A DNA stretch of 64,000 bases, taken from Narcine bancroftii (Eukaryota). The stretch spans positions 95,852,001 through 95,916,000 of the forward strand of contig NC_091479.1 in assembly GCF_036971445.1 (NCBI RefSeq), given 5' to 3'. This document shows, in pieces, positions 12,990 to 23,682 of this stretch; within the stretch, counting starts at the first letter, position 1, and each line of letters begins with the position of its first letter. The notes under the pieces were generated by a model, which saw nothing but the letters and a program-made list of their open reading frames with translations, did not search any database and was not told the origin of the DNA. Made by a program: the position numbers and the translations under genes.

Positions 12990-13528
12990 ACTTAAAGAGG
13001 TAAATCCTCCCACTGTTTTCCAATGGTTTACTCAAACTATACTATGTTTAAATTTAGAGAAAATTAGAAACTCTGTCTATGAATCCCCTTCTAAGTTTGA
13101 GTTAACCTGGCGACCATTTATTCAATATTTTCATTTGTGGTGAGTTGATCTGGCTCTGTTTTCTTTCTATGATTATGTATGATAATTGGGCTGTAAGATG
13201 AGATCGGAGTGATCGGTGTGGTTTAGCTATATCTGTAGGTTTTTTTTAAGTTTTTTTTAATTCAGATTTGTTTTTTATTCTTTTTTGGGGTTTTTTTTTT
13301 CTCTTTTTTCATATACTGTTATTAATTATATCTTTTTTTTTTAGAGATAGTTCACACCCTAAACTGATCAAAAAAAATTTTTTATGATATATTTTTATTC
13401 TGTAATATTATTGTTTAATATCTCTGTATTAATTCATTACTTACTATGTATTTTTTTATATCTCTTTGAACTGTATGTGTTTATAAATTATAATAATAAT
13501 AAAAAGATTGAAAAAGAAAGAAAAGAAA
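12990..13528 (+). mobile_element. L1/Tx1-type LINE 3' end
   Basis: ORF2 C-terminal-like DNA (caatggtttactcaaactatactatgtttaaatttagagaaaatt...tggcgaccattt), T-rich 3' UTR, AATAAA and an (AAAG)n tail. Confidence 0.65.
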
Positions 13529-13778
13529 TAACTTGGCATTTTTTGTAATTGAACCTGAACCTTCATATTAGTCTGCTTTTCTGCATTGCCAAGACAGAAC
13601 CTCTGTCAGGTTGATTGTACACAGAAGCCACTTGACTCAATAGCACTGGTGTTCATCATTTGCAGTCGTCGAGCTGCCAAGATCATCAGGGTCTCACAGA
13701 CACAGCTGTCCCTGGAACAGGTTGGTCTGAATGTGATGACCAAGCCTTCAATGCTTGAAATCTGAGATGGAACTCTAA

Positions 13779-14261
13779 AGCTCTGGACACACTGGTCAAG
13801 CAGCTCTGGACACACTGGTCAAGCAGCTCTGGACACACTGGTCAAGCAGCTCTGGACACACTGGTCAAGCAGCTCTGGACACACTGGTCAAGCAGCTCTG
13901 GACACACTGGTCAAGCAGCTCTGGACACACTGGTCAAGCAGCTCTGGACACACTGGTCAAGCAGCTCTGGACACACTGGTCAAGCAGCTCTGGACACACT
14001 GGTCAAGCAGCTCTGGACACACTGGTCAAGCAGCTCTGGACACACTGGTCAAGCAGCTCTGGACACACTGGTCAAGCAGCTCTGGACACACTGGTCAAGC
14101 AGCTCTGGACACACTGGTCAAGCAGCTCTGGACACACTGGTCAAGCAGCTCTGGACACACTGGTCAAGCAGCTCTGGACACACTGGTCAAGCAGCTCTGG
14201 ACACACTGGTCAAGCAGCTCTGGACACACTGGTCAAGCAGCTCTGGACTCACTGGTCAGGC
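13779..14261. repeat. 23-bp minisatellite, 21 copies
   Basis: Unit AGCTCTGGACACACTGGTCAAGC repeated almost perfectly (483 bp / 23). Only the last unit diverges. Confidence 0.96.
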
Positions 14262-14540
14262 AACATCTGTGGAAAGGGAAACAAAGTGAATGTATCAGGT
14301 GTAACATCCTGGGTCAGCAGAGTTTTGGTCCTGAAACACTAGCTCTACTTTGTCTTCCAAAGAGGATGCCTGACTTGTTTCCATTATTTTCTGTTATCCA
14401 AGACCTAGTTCCTTTGCAACCCATGTTATTTAATTATCAATTCTTTTCTGAAAGATCATTGCCTGGAACCTTTCATTAGCCTAGTAGTCACTCTAAATTT
14501 CTACATAGTAGTCATAGCATGTTTAATCAATTTCAGAATA

Positions 14541-14770
14541 GGGTGGTATGGTTAGCCTAGTGGTTAGTGCAACACTGTTACAGCGCCAGCGATTGAACTG
14601 GGGTTCGAATCCTGCACTGTCTGTAAGGACTCAGGGCGTCCTTCCCGTGTCTGTGTAGGTTTTTCTCGGGGGCTGCAGATTCCTCCCACCATTCGAAAAG
14701 TACTGAGAGTGTATGTTAATTGGGTGTAATTGGGCAGCACTGCTTGTGGGCTGAAACGGCCTGTTACCAA
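14541..14770 (+). mobile_element. tRNA-derived V-SINE (HE1-like)
   Basis: A-box-like and B-box (ggttcgaatcc) motifs followed by the V-type central domain. Further plus-strand copies at ~50826-51043 and 56759-56976. Confidence 0.78.
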
Positions 14771-15747
14771 AAATTCACCTCCATTGAAGTCGATGAACTG
14801 TCCCATAATTAAATTTTTTAAAATCATTTTCACCTTATCATCTGCCACCTGCTCAGTTTCTTGCATCTCTACACGATCTTCCCTTCATTTTCCTCAGCAT
14901 CCTTGAATGTATCCCATTAATTCCCTCCCCTCCCTTTGCTGAACCAACCTGTAAGTGATCAGCTGAGAATAAGTCCTCAGACGCCATGATTTAAGTAAAT
15001 ACACTAGGCGCGAGAAACTCAGCTGGTCACAGTATAGTTTATGTAGCAAAGATAAAGATACATAACCAATGGTTGTGGGGGGGGGGGGAAATAAGGGGAG
15101 GAGTACCCTCCCCTTCCCACCACCGTTTTGTTTGGGCACCTGCCTACATATTGCTCATACCTTGATGAAGGGCTCAAGCCCGTTACGTTATGTATATCTT
15201 TGCAACTGTTTGACCTGCAGAGTTTCTCCAGCGTCATGTTTTTACTTTATGTAAATGATGTTTCCTGATTTCCTACGGATGTTCTTCTTATGAAATACCT
15301 CATGATTTTGTCATCCACAGCCTTAAAAATATTCAAATATATTCGTCCTAGGAGCCACTAATAGTTGAGCAGCTTTGTAATTCTGAAGGCCTTTGTAATC
15401 TTGATTTCCATTTACATTACTGATCTTTAATTGCCTTGTGAAATGCTTATTAGTTGCACGATTGCATGGAGATATTACTCATGATATTAAAAATGTAAAT
15501 TGTCTTTTTGGAGTAAACATTATCAATTCAATGTGCTGCAAAACCAAACAAAAAGGAATACTTGTAACATTTTAGCCAAGCAATCTTTACATGCTGATAT
15601 GACATGTATTAATTTCGCCGACAGACTGATATGATGTATGTCTTCTCAGAAGTTTAATTGGATGAATGGTATAAGACTAAAACATTCTGACAGAGCATCT
15701 GCAAAAGCTTTAGAAATACAATGTAGTCAGAATAGATCACCTTAGAA

Positions 15748-16097
15748 TAGTAGTTCTCAACCTTTTTCTTTCCACTCACATATACCGCTTTAAGTAATCC
15801 TTATGCCATAGGTGCTCTGTGATTAGTAAGGGATTGCTTAAAGTGGTATGTGGATGGAAAGAAAAAGTTTATAAAACACTGTCTTAATCGTACCTAATTG
15901 GACAGTTTCATAACTCCAAAGGAAATGGACCAATGACAATTTTTCTCCAGCAAAATATTTCAGAAACAATTGGGTCTAGAACGGTGATTCTCAAACTTCC
16001 CTTCCACCTCACATCCCACCTTAAGCACAGAGTACCGAAGGCATAGGGATTACTTAAAGTGGTATGTGAGTGGAAAGAAAATGGTCAAGAACCACCG
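15748..16097. mobile_element. Composite hAT MITE: two fold-back units around a ~100-bp spacer
   Basis: Unit A 15748-15881, spacer, unit B ~15981-16097. The same three-part structure occurs inverted at ~40415-40757. Confidence 0.75.
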
Positions 16098-17261
16098 AGT
16101 CAGAAGATCTGTTGCTCTTTAATCCCCTGAACATCTGTAATTCTTGGTTATTTCACTGATCCAAATTTATTGTGGGTAAAAGGGATACATATATAGTTAC
16201 GTTTGGAGTTTGCATTCTAATTTAAGATTGGATTGGTGTTTATTTAGAGGTGTGCAGAAGATCAGTGTACATTGCACATTATCCCAGAGATCTCTGATGA
16301 CACTGACTCAGTGTTCACAATCACTTCAAAGTTAGAAGATTGGGAGTCAGAGATTTGAGCACATCAGAACTGAAAAAGAAATTAATGACCTGGAAGTCAA
16401 GGAAATGTATTTTCTACAACTGTAGCACTGCTCAATTCACCAAATATCCATCATTCGCATGGCTACAAGCTGTCAAGCACATCTCATTTTTAACTCTCCT
16501 ATGCTTTATTCCATCCTCTCACCCAGAACCACTCCATGTGTTGTACATCTCCAAATTGCCAGCTGTTCAATCATGTCGGAAGTGCCATTTGATATGACGA
16601 GGTGACTCAAAAACTGGGGCTTACCTGTATGGGGCCTAGACATACATTCATGATCTCACCATCCTGGAGCAGTTGGGATTTGATATTATTCCAGTGCTTC
16701 ATGGGCAACACAATAGGTTGCTCTTATAGATCTCAATCTCCTCATCCCTCATCCTCCTTCTTGCATCCCAATTTCCTGTAATCTCTTGATTTATAATCTC
16801 CTGATGATACAATTATTGCTGACAATCCTTACACCCATAAGAATAAAGGTATGGGTGCCTTTATTCTTTCGTATAGTCAAGAACTTTCCAACATTGTTGG
16901 GTTTTATTATTGAAGAAAGAGATTTTTGCCTGCAAATTTGTCCCCAGTTCATTGTGTCAAATGAAGAAAGAATAACCACACATGTTGCACAGTTTCTAAA
17001 ATTCAGTTTCCACTGACAGGGATGGAATTTTTGAACAATATTAAGAGCAGAATCATCAAAAATTGGAAATTCTTTTTCACAAAAGGCCATGAATATTAAT
17101 ATGAGATTTCTAGATCAAAGGAGTTTTGCTAGATGTTTCATGGAAAATGCACCAAAAGTAATTAAATGGAGCTAATTCACAAATCAGTCAAAATCTAACC
17201 AGAGCAGGTTTGAAGGTGTAACTGCCCACTTTATTATTATCCCAATATACATTTGCTTATA

Positions 17262-17905
17262 CAGTAAAATCCCTGGTATCTGGCACTTTTGGGGATTGGT
17301 AGATGATAGATAAGGGCATTTTCCCATTACTTGAAATTTACTCTAGCAATGGCTAACTATTATACTTTATTTACACCGAACAAACTTCATTTGCATGAAT
17401 ATATAAAACAAAGCATTTTACTTTATTTTCAGTCACACTCTTTGAAAACACTTAACCATCGCTGCATCTGCAGGTTCCTCCCCCTCCACAGAGCCACTCA
17501 AAAAGCGAACAATAACCTTATACATAATTAACCCACCCACCCCCAAGTTTACCAGTAAAGGTTCTGATTGGGGTGACTCTACTAAGCAGAGATAAGGAGA
17601 CAATTTAAGAGAGTCACCCCAACGGCGAGTGGCATCAACCAGTTCTTCATCCTGGGCAAAGCCATTGCTGTTTCACACAACTTTATTCAAACAGCTGCTG
17701 CAAGCAAAGCACGACCGAGGCCCTCCGCTGGCTGAATATTTGCTCCCATTTTCACCAAAGGTTTATGTGTTACTTCAGAGAACATTTACTTTTACCATTT
17801 TAATTATTTTAATCTTGTTTAATCTATTTATTTATTTCCCTTTTTTTTTTGCTCCTTGCTTGAGTCTGTCGGTTGCTTGAATTCTGGATACCAGGGGTTT
17901 TACTG
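17262..17905. mobile_element. Tigger/pogo-type non-autonomous element
   Basis: TIR CAGTAAAATCCCTGGTATC...GATACCAGGGGTTTTACTG with TA TSD. Shorter family members at 22154-22378 and 51070-51275. Confidence 0.85.
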
Positions 17906-18160
17906 TATATCGTTAAACCTGCTGAGAAGTGGCGTGATTTACACTAAGCAAATGGTTCTTTTATCTGATTTGTTGAACTGTCTGATGAAGGATATACTAG
18001 TTGATCAGTTGTGCCACACTCAAATGAGAAATTTGATGGTCTAGATCATATTTAGGTGTATTTTTTTAATTTTTGTAATCTATTATGATTATGACTAAAG
18101 TATGAGAGGATTATGAAAAACACTAAAATTAAATTTCTACCCTCACTTTAAACCTGCTCC

Positions 18161-19913
18161 CTCTGGCATCACTAGAGGGGTGCGGACCACACCGAGTGAC
18201 ACCACAATGACTATCTATAAAAATTTTTGTGCTGTGTTTTGATAAAAATATCCCTGGAGTTAGTTATCACAACAACAAAAAACATTTTTTTGTAAGCCCA
18301 TCTTACATGTATCAATATCTTTCTTTGGCTTGGCTTCGTGGACGAAGATTTATGGAGGGGTAATGTCCACGTCAGCTGCAGGCTCGTTTGTGGCTGACAA
18401 GCCTGATGCGGGACAGGCCGACACGGTTGCAGCGGTTGCAAGGGAAAATTGGTTGGTTGGGGTTGGGTGTTGGATTTTTCTTCTTTGTCTTTTGTCAGTG
18501 AAGTGGGCTCTGCAGTCTTCTTCAAAGGAGGTTGCTGCCCGCCGAACTGTGAGGCGCCAAGATGCACGGTTTGAGGCGATATCAGCCCACTGGCGGTGGT
18601 CAATGTGGCAGGCTCCAAGAGATTTCTTTAGGCAGTCCTTGTACCTCTTCTTTGGTGCACCTCTGTCTCAGTGGCCAGTGAAGAGCTCACCATATAACAC
18701 GATCTTGGGAAGGCAATGGTCCTCCATTCTGGAGACGTGACCTACCCACCGCAGTTGGATCTTCAGCACCGTGGATTCGATGCTGTCGGCCTCTGCCATC
18801 TCGAATACTTCGATGTTGGTGATGAAGTCGCTCCAATGGATGTTGAGGATGGAGCGGAGACAACGCTGGTGGAAGCGTTCTAGGAGCCGTAGGTGATGCC
18901 GGTAGAGGACCCATGATTCGGAGCCGAACAGGAGCGTGGGTATGACAACAGCTCTGTATATGCTGATCTTTGTGAGGTTTTTCAGTTGGTTGTTTTTCCA
19001 GACTCTTTTGTGTAGTCTTCCAAAGGCGCTATTTGCCTTGGCAAGTCTGTTGTCTATCTCGTTGTCGATCCTTGCATCTGATGAAATGGTGCAGCCGAGG
19101 TAGGCAAACTGGTTGACTATTTTGAGTTCTTTGTGCCCGAGGGAGAGGTGGGGGGGCTGGTGGTCATGGTGGGGAGCTGGCTGATGGAGGACCTCAGTTT
19201 TCTTCAGGCTGACTTCCAGGCCAAACATTTTGGCAGTTTCCGCAAAACAGGACATCAAGCGCTGAAGAGCTGGCTCTGAACGGGCAACTAAAGCGGCATC
19301 ATCTGTAAAGAGTAGTTCATGGACAAGTTGCTCTTGTGTCTTGGTGTGAGCTTGCAGGCGCCTCAGATTGAAGAGACTGCCATCTGTGCGGTACCGGATA
19401 CCTACAAGGCTAAAACTCAATGCTAATTAACTTTTTGAACCTTCTGAAGCACTCTGAACAGAGCTGTCATTATTACCCAATTACAATAACGCTTCAATTC
19501 ACGTAGTTTTGTCTGCACGCACTACAAGCACACGCTGTTGTTTTTGTTGCTGATGGTGTTTTTGTAGTCACTGCATTTGTCAAATTTTCTGGTGTTTTAG
19601 CTACAATATTGCGGTAATTGGTATTTGTGAATCTATAATCAATAACATTTTTGAGAATTAAGTACACTAGCGTGATATTGTAATTTAAAGGTGTAATTTT
19701 AATTTTGCTGGTTGTTTATCTCACTACTATTGCCATTGCATTCAGTAATATATGGGAATTACGATTTTCCAGGAACATTGGTATAAAAAAACATTACTAA
19801 GGATTCTGTATGGTGTCGTACAGGAGGAAGTCCATGGCAGTGTGTGTGGGGGGGGGGGGGGGAGAGGAGGTGAGTTACAGCACTGAGTGACACTAAACCT
19901 AGTGATGCCACTG
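18161..19913. mobile_element. Non-autonomous DNA transposon (hAT-like TIR) hosting an RTE insertion
   Basis: Ends C(TC)TGGCATCACTAG and CTAGTGATGCCACTG are inverted repeats. TSD is degenerate. Confidence 0.6.
18318..19400 (-). mobile_element. Young 5'-truncated RTE-clade LINE (RT C-terminal half)
   Basis: 250-aa ORF RYRTDGSLFNLRRLQAHTK...LLFTDDAAL...WVGHVSRMEDHCLPKIVLYGEL. One CGA>TGA-type stop at 18668. 3' end gaagccaagccaaagaaaga. Confidence 0.92.
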
Positions 19914-20425
19914 ACTGTGCCCTTGCATTTTAGTATCCCCTTCCATGGGAAATAGATTCTGACAATTCTATCCAAGTCCTTCATAATTTTGTAAACCCCA
20001 GTCTCCTTTGTTTCAGTGGGAATAAACCCAATCCAATCTCTCCTTGTAACTACAGCAATTTATTCTGAACAGCATTCCAGTGAATCTCTTCTGCACCCTC
20101 TCTATTGCTACCACATCCTTCCTGTAATGCAACAGCCAGAAATGTACAGTTCTCTGAAGTCGAAACAAAATTTTAATTTAAATTCTAAATTTAAACATAC
20201 AGCCTGGTATTAGGTACTTTCAGCCCATGAGCCCGTGTACCCAGTTATACCCAATTAATCTACAACCCCCTACATTTTGAAGGGTGGGAGGAAATGGAGC
20301 TCCCATAGGAAACCCACACAGTCATGGGGAGAATGTACAAACTCCTTACAGACAGCATCGGATTTAAACGCAGGTTACTGCTGTTGTAACAGCGTTGCGC
20401 TAACTATGCCACCTATACATTTTAA

Positions 20426-20497
20426 AGGGGACACCTGGATTTGAAACAGGAACTTCTTAATCCACAGTCAAATATTCTACCACTGAACTATACACTT
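20426..20497 (-). pseudogene. Decayed tRNA-Cys-derived pseudogene
   Basis: Reverse complement aagtgtatagttcagtggtagaatatttgactgtggattaagaagttcctgtttcaaatccaggtgtcccct aligns without gaps over 72 nt to recalled vertebrate tRNA-Cys(GCA), about 15 mismatches and mostly transitions. Acceptor stem is broken and the anticodon reads GTG. Confidence 0.8.
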
Positions 20498-21370
20498 CAA
20501 GTTTTGCTTAACTATAACATGACAACCCAACTCTTGGGACTCTTACTTCTGGACTTCATTGATATTTTTTCTTCTCTCTGTATTGCATTCAGTCTGTTTA
20601 CATGCATAATGTTTACGGGTCTTTATTTGTTTACATGTTTACGCTGCGTACAGTTTATTTTTGCACTACCAATTAATGGTCATTCTGCCGTGCCTGCAGG
20701 AAAAAGGAACCTCAGGGTTGTATGTGATGCCACGTATGCACTCTGACAATAAATCTGAAATCAGAATTCTTGTACTCTATGCCCTGACCTATGAAGGCAA
20801 GCATACCTGATGCCTGTTTTACTAGCTTATCCACCAGTGTGGGCACTTTGAAGAGAGCTATGGACTTGCACCCCAACGACTCTCTGTACATCAATGCTCT
20901 GACAGTTTCTGCCGTTTACTGCATATGTTCTCCCAGAATTCAACCTCACTTGTCTGGATTAATTCCATCTGTGGCTGCTCTCCCCAACTCTCATGCTGAT
21001 TTACATTTGAAAACTTTTTTTTTGCTATCTAGGACTCCATCAGTTTTCATGTCAACTGCAAACTTATCATCACCCCAAGAATCCCATGGCAAGTCATTTA
21101 TAGATAAATTACAAACGTGTCATTTACAGGACTATTGAAGCATAATCCATTCCATTTTAAGATGAAGCCAAGATATTCCCAGGTGGAATTCCCATCGAAA
21201 TACGATTGCTTCTTTCTGATGTCAGTCAGGATCAGGCATAATTGGAATTGCATCCAAAGGTGCTTGTTGACTACTTTTGTCAACTTTTTAAAAAAATTGT
21301 AATGCTTATATTGATTAATGCTAAACTTTCCAATTATTACCCAAAAAGAAAATAGAATTGGTGCTCATAT

Positions 21371-21376
21371 TTTAAT
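21371..21376 (-). terminator. Candidate DBX2 polyadenylation signal (ATTAAA)
   Basis: ATTAAA on the minus strand about 380 nt after the stop codon, followed by a U-rich stretch (ttctattttctttttgg). Motif-level evidence only. Confidence 0.3.
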
Positions 21377-21753
21377 ACTGATGTTAAAATGCAGAATACA
21401 ATTATAGACCTATATTAGACTCTTGTTTTTTTTCTGGTTTCGTTTAGTACATTAAAACAGTCCATGGCAGACATGTTACATTTGGCAAATTTAAAATGAA
21501 AAATACTGGCTAAGTGTAAAAACATGATGCATATTTTAGCCAACATCTTTCCTAAAAAAATATTAATTTAAGATCTACAGCTTGATAGCATTTGAATGTG
21601 ATAAATTACAGTAACAGCATTATTACAGGCTTCCTGCATTATTGACATAATTTCTGGTAAATATCTCCAAAAACTTGCTAATAACTAAAATGAGAGCGGA
21701 ACAGATCATGTGACGCACTGTATTAGTGTTGGTGACCACTAGCAATGTAATGT

Positions 21754-22065
21754 TCAGGTGTCTTTTTTGTGCTGTACAAAGTGAGAAGGTGGGGATGTTC
21801 CCAATGATTTGTTCACATCTGGAATTCTGTTCTCACCAAACTGATCACTGTGAGACATTGAAGTTGCAACATATTTACACACTGACGATTGTCTCATGTG
21901 TGCTGATTTTCTGTCGGGACCGTTTGCAATGCTGCTGTTGTCTGAGTGGGGAGTTGCGAGTGGTTTCTCTTGCAATGTGTGTTCTAGTGAACATCCTTGT
22001 GCAAGCAATTCTCTTTCTTTAGTATTTCGCCATTTCATTCTTCGATTTTGGAACCAAATTTTTAC
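21754..22065 (-). CDS. DBX2: DBX2 coding exon 4 (312 nt including stop; recognition helix and C-terminus)
   Basis: Acceptor ttttcaactcaaaag| followed by VKIWFQNRRMKWRNTKERELL (Q50 homeodomain). TGA at 21756-21754. Spliced CDS 328+96+200+312=936 nt is open throughout. Confidence 0.94.
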   Translation of the reverse strand, partial: VKIWFQNRRMKWRNTKERELLAQGCSLEHTLQEKPLATPHSDNSSIANGPDRKSAHMRQSSVCKYVATSMSHSDQFGENRIPDVNKSLGTSPPSHFVQHKKDT

Positions 22066-22153
22066 CTTTTGAGTTGAAAATATCAATAACAGCATCAGTA
22101 AACATGGGAGATGTTCAATTTCCTCTCATTCTGTTTTATCCACAATCAAAATA

Positions 22154-22378
22154 CAGTAAAACCCCTGTTATCTGCAATTCGAGCACCCAGCAGCCTCAAG
22201 CAACAAGCATAAAAAAATTACGTGAAATAAATAGGTTAAAAAAAAACGGAAGATTAAAATTGGTGAGCTTCACCGTTAGTTCACCCAATAACACAACATG
22301 CGATCTCAAGCAACTGGAAAATTCACTTATTTGCCAACTACCTATCCCCATAAGTGCCAGATACCAGGGATTTTACTG
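22154..22378. mobile_element. Tigger/pogo-type MITE in DBX2 intron 3
   Basis: Same TIRs as 17262-17905. It lies 88 bp from the exon 4 acceptor. Confidence 0.82.
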
Positions 22379-23482
22379 TCATATTAAAATTATAGCATTG
22401 TTAATTAAAATATCTATTTCATAATTCGCGGATACGAAGTTAAGTATTTAATTTGGTACTTAACATTAAAATTTCCTATATTCCTTTTTTTTTTTGACTG
22501 GATAAGATTTGCTTTAACTATAAACAGGCACTATTGTTATATACAATCCCGTGAAACAAAATTAATCAAAACTATTTGATACGAGAACATCATACATTAT
22601 GATTATGGTTTGCAAATGTTAAGTTAACTCAATATTTCTTGTTCATCAGGATTTCTTTTTTTCTTTTATGTCTCTCCTAAGTGGCAATCTTAAAATCTCC
22701 CCTCAGGAGTTTCCGAAACATTCTTGTGTATTTTTTTAATGATTGGACCATCATAGTATCTAGAAGAGCTAGCATAAATCCAGCCATGAAGGGAACCATA
22801 CTTGTGTGTAATTACCGCACTTTCCATTGAATAATTTGATTCACTGTTTGGAATTAGGCAGCAAACTATCTAATGTGATTTAAATAAAGCAAACCTGGAT
22901 CCTACTTCAGCAGCAGAGCATCTGTCGACTTCCAACTTTCACACTCTACTAACCCTGTATATCTTTGTAACTTGGGAGGAAGCTGGAGCACCTGGAGGAA
23001 CCCCATGTGAACAATGGTTGAATGCCCAAACTCATTACAGTGCCATATTTCCTTAGTGCTTACCTGTTGGGTCAGCTCAGATCAAGCATGGAATGCATTG
23101 CAAATATTTAGGCTTATACTGGGTACAAAACATCTATCTTAATAAGTTCAGGTTAGGTTTTAATTTTATATTCAATAGATTTGTCTAGTCTGTGCCACTA
23201 ATATGGCAGGAGAGTGAGAAAGGAGTTGAAGGGTGTGTGAGATAGAAGAGGTTACAGGCAATTAAGTAGGATGGCTTTGAGAGCGGTATTGGACTGAATG
23301 GTCACAAGGACTGTTTCTGCAGAGAGCAAATGTGAGTTCGGAGTCCTCCATCTGCGATTCTGTGACTTTATTCACTATTTCTAATGCAAAAATTATTTAT
23401 CTGATTTCTGTTGCTCAAATATGAAGTCAAGCTTCTGTGCATGAATGACTAATCAGTGAGGTAAGAGGATGACGTGTAGTAC

Positions 23483-23682
23483 CTGTGAATCTTTAAGACC
23501 AAGGTGAGCAGCCAGTTTCTTCCTGTCTGTTTTACTGATGTACTTCTGTTTCTGAAAGGTCTTCTCAAGTGCTTTCCGCTGTTCTTCAGAAAAGACCACT
23601 CTTCGCAAAATTCCTCTTCGCACCTTGTTGTGGCCAACTAGGGGCCAAAGGGGAAGTTCACAGCTCCTGAAAGAACTGCTAA
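23483..23682 (-). CDS. DBX2: DBX2 coding exon 3 (200 nt; homeodomain N-terminal arm to start of helix 3)
   Basis: Acceptor ctattttattctctag| is the only nearby AG in phase with exon 2. Encodes SSSFRSCELPLWPLVGHNKVRRGILRRVVFSEEQRKALEKTFQKQKYISKTDRKKLAAHLGLKDSQ. Donor CAG|GTACTA at the typical phase-0 Q/VKIWFQ intron position. Confidence 0.93.

Noticed and set aside
13779-14261. Regular 23-bp repeats as a CRISPR array
   Set aside because: Head-to-tail units with no unique spacers, no cas genes and a eukaryotic context; it is a minisatellite.
14541-14615. SINE heads with A/B boxes as functional tRNA genes
   Set aside because: They continue into the SINE central domain and tail, and do not form complete cloverleaves.
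16786-17090. Overlapping short ORFs here and elsewhere in the ORF track
   Set aside because: No recognisable domains or supporting exon structure; consistent with chance ORFs or antisense frames of repeats.
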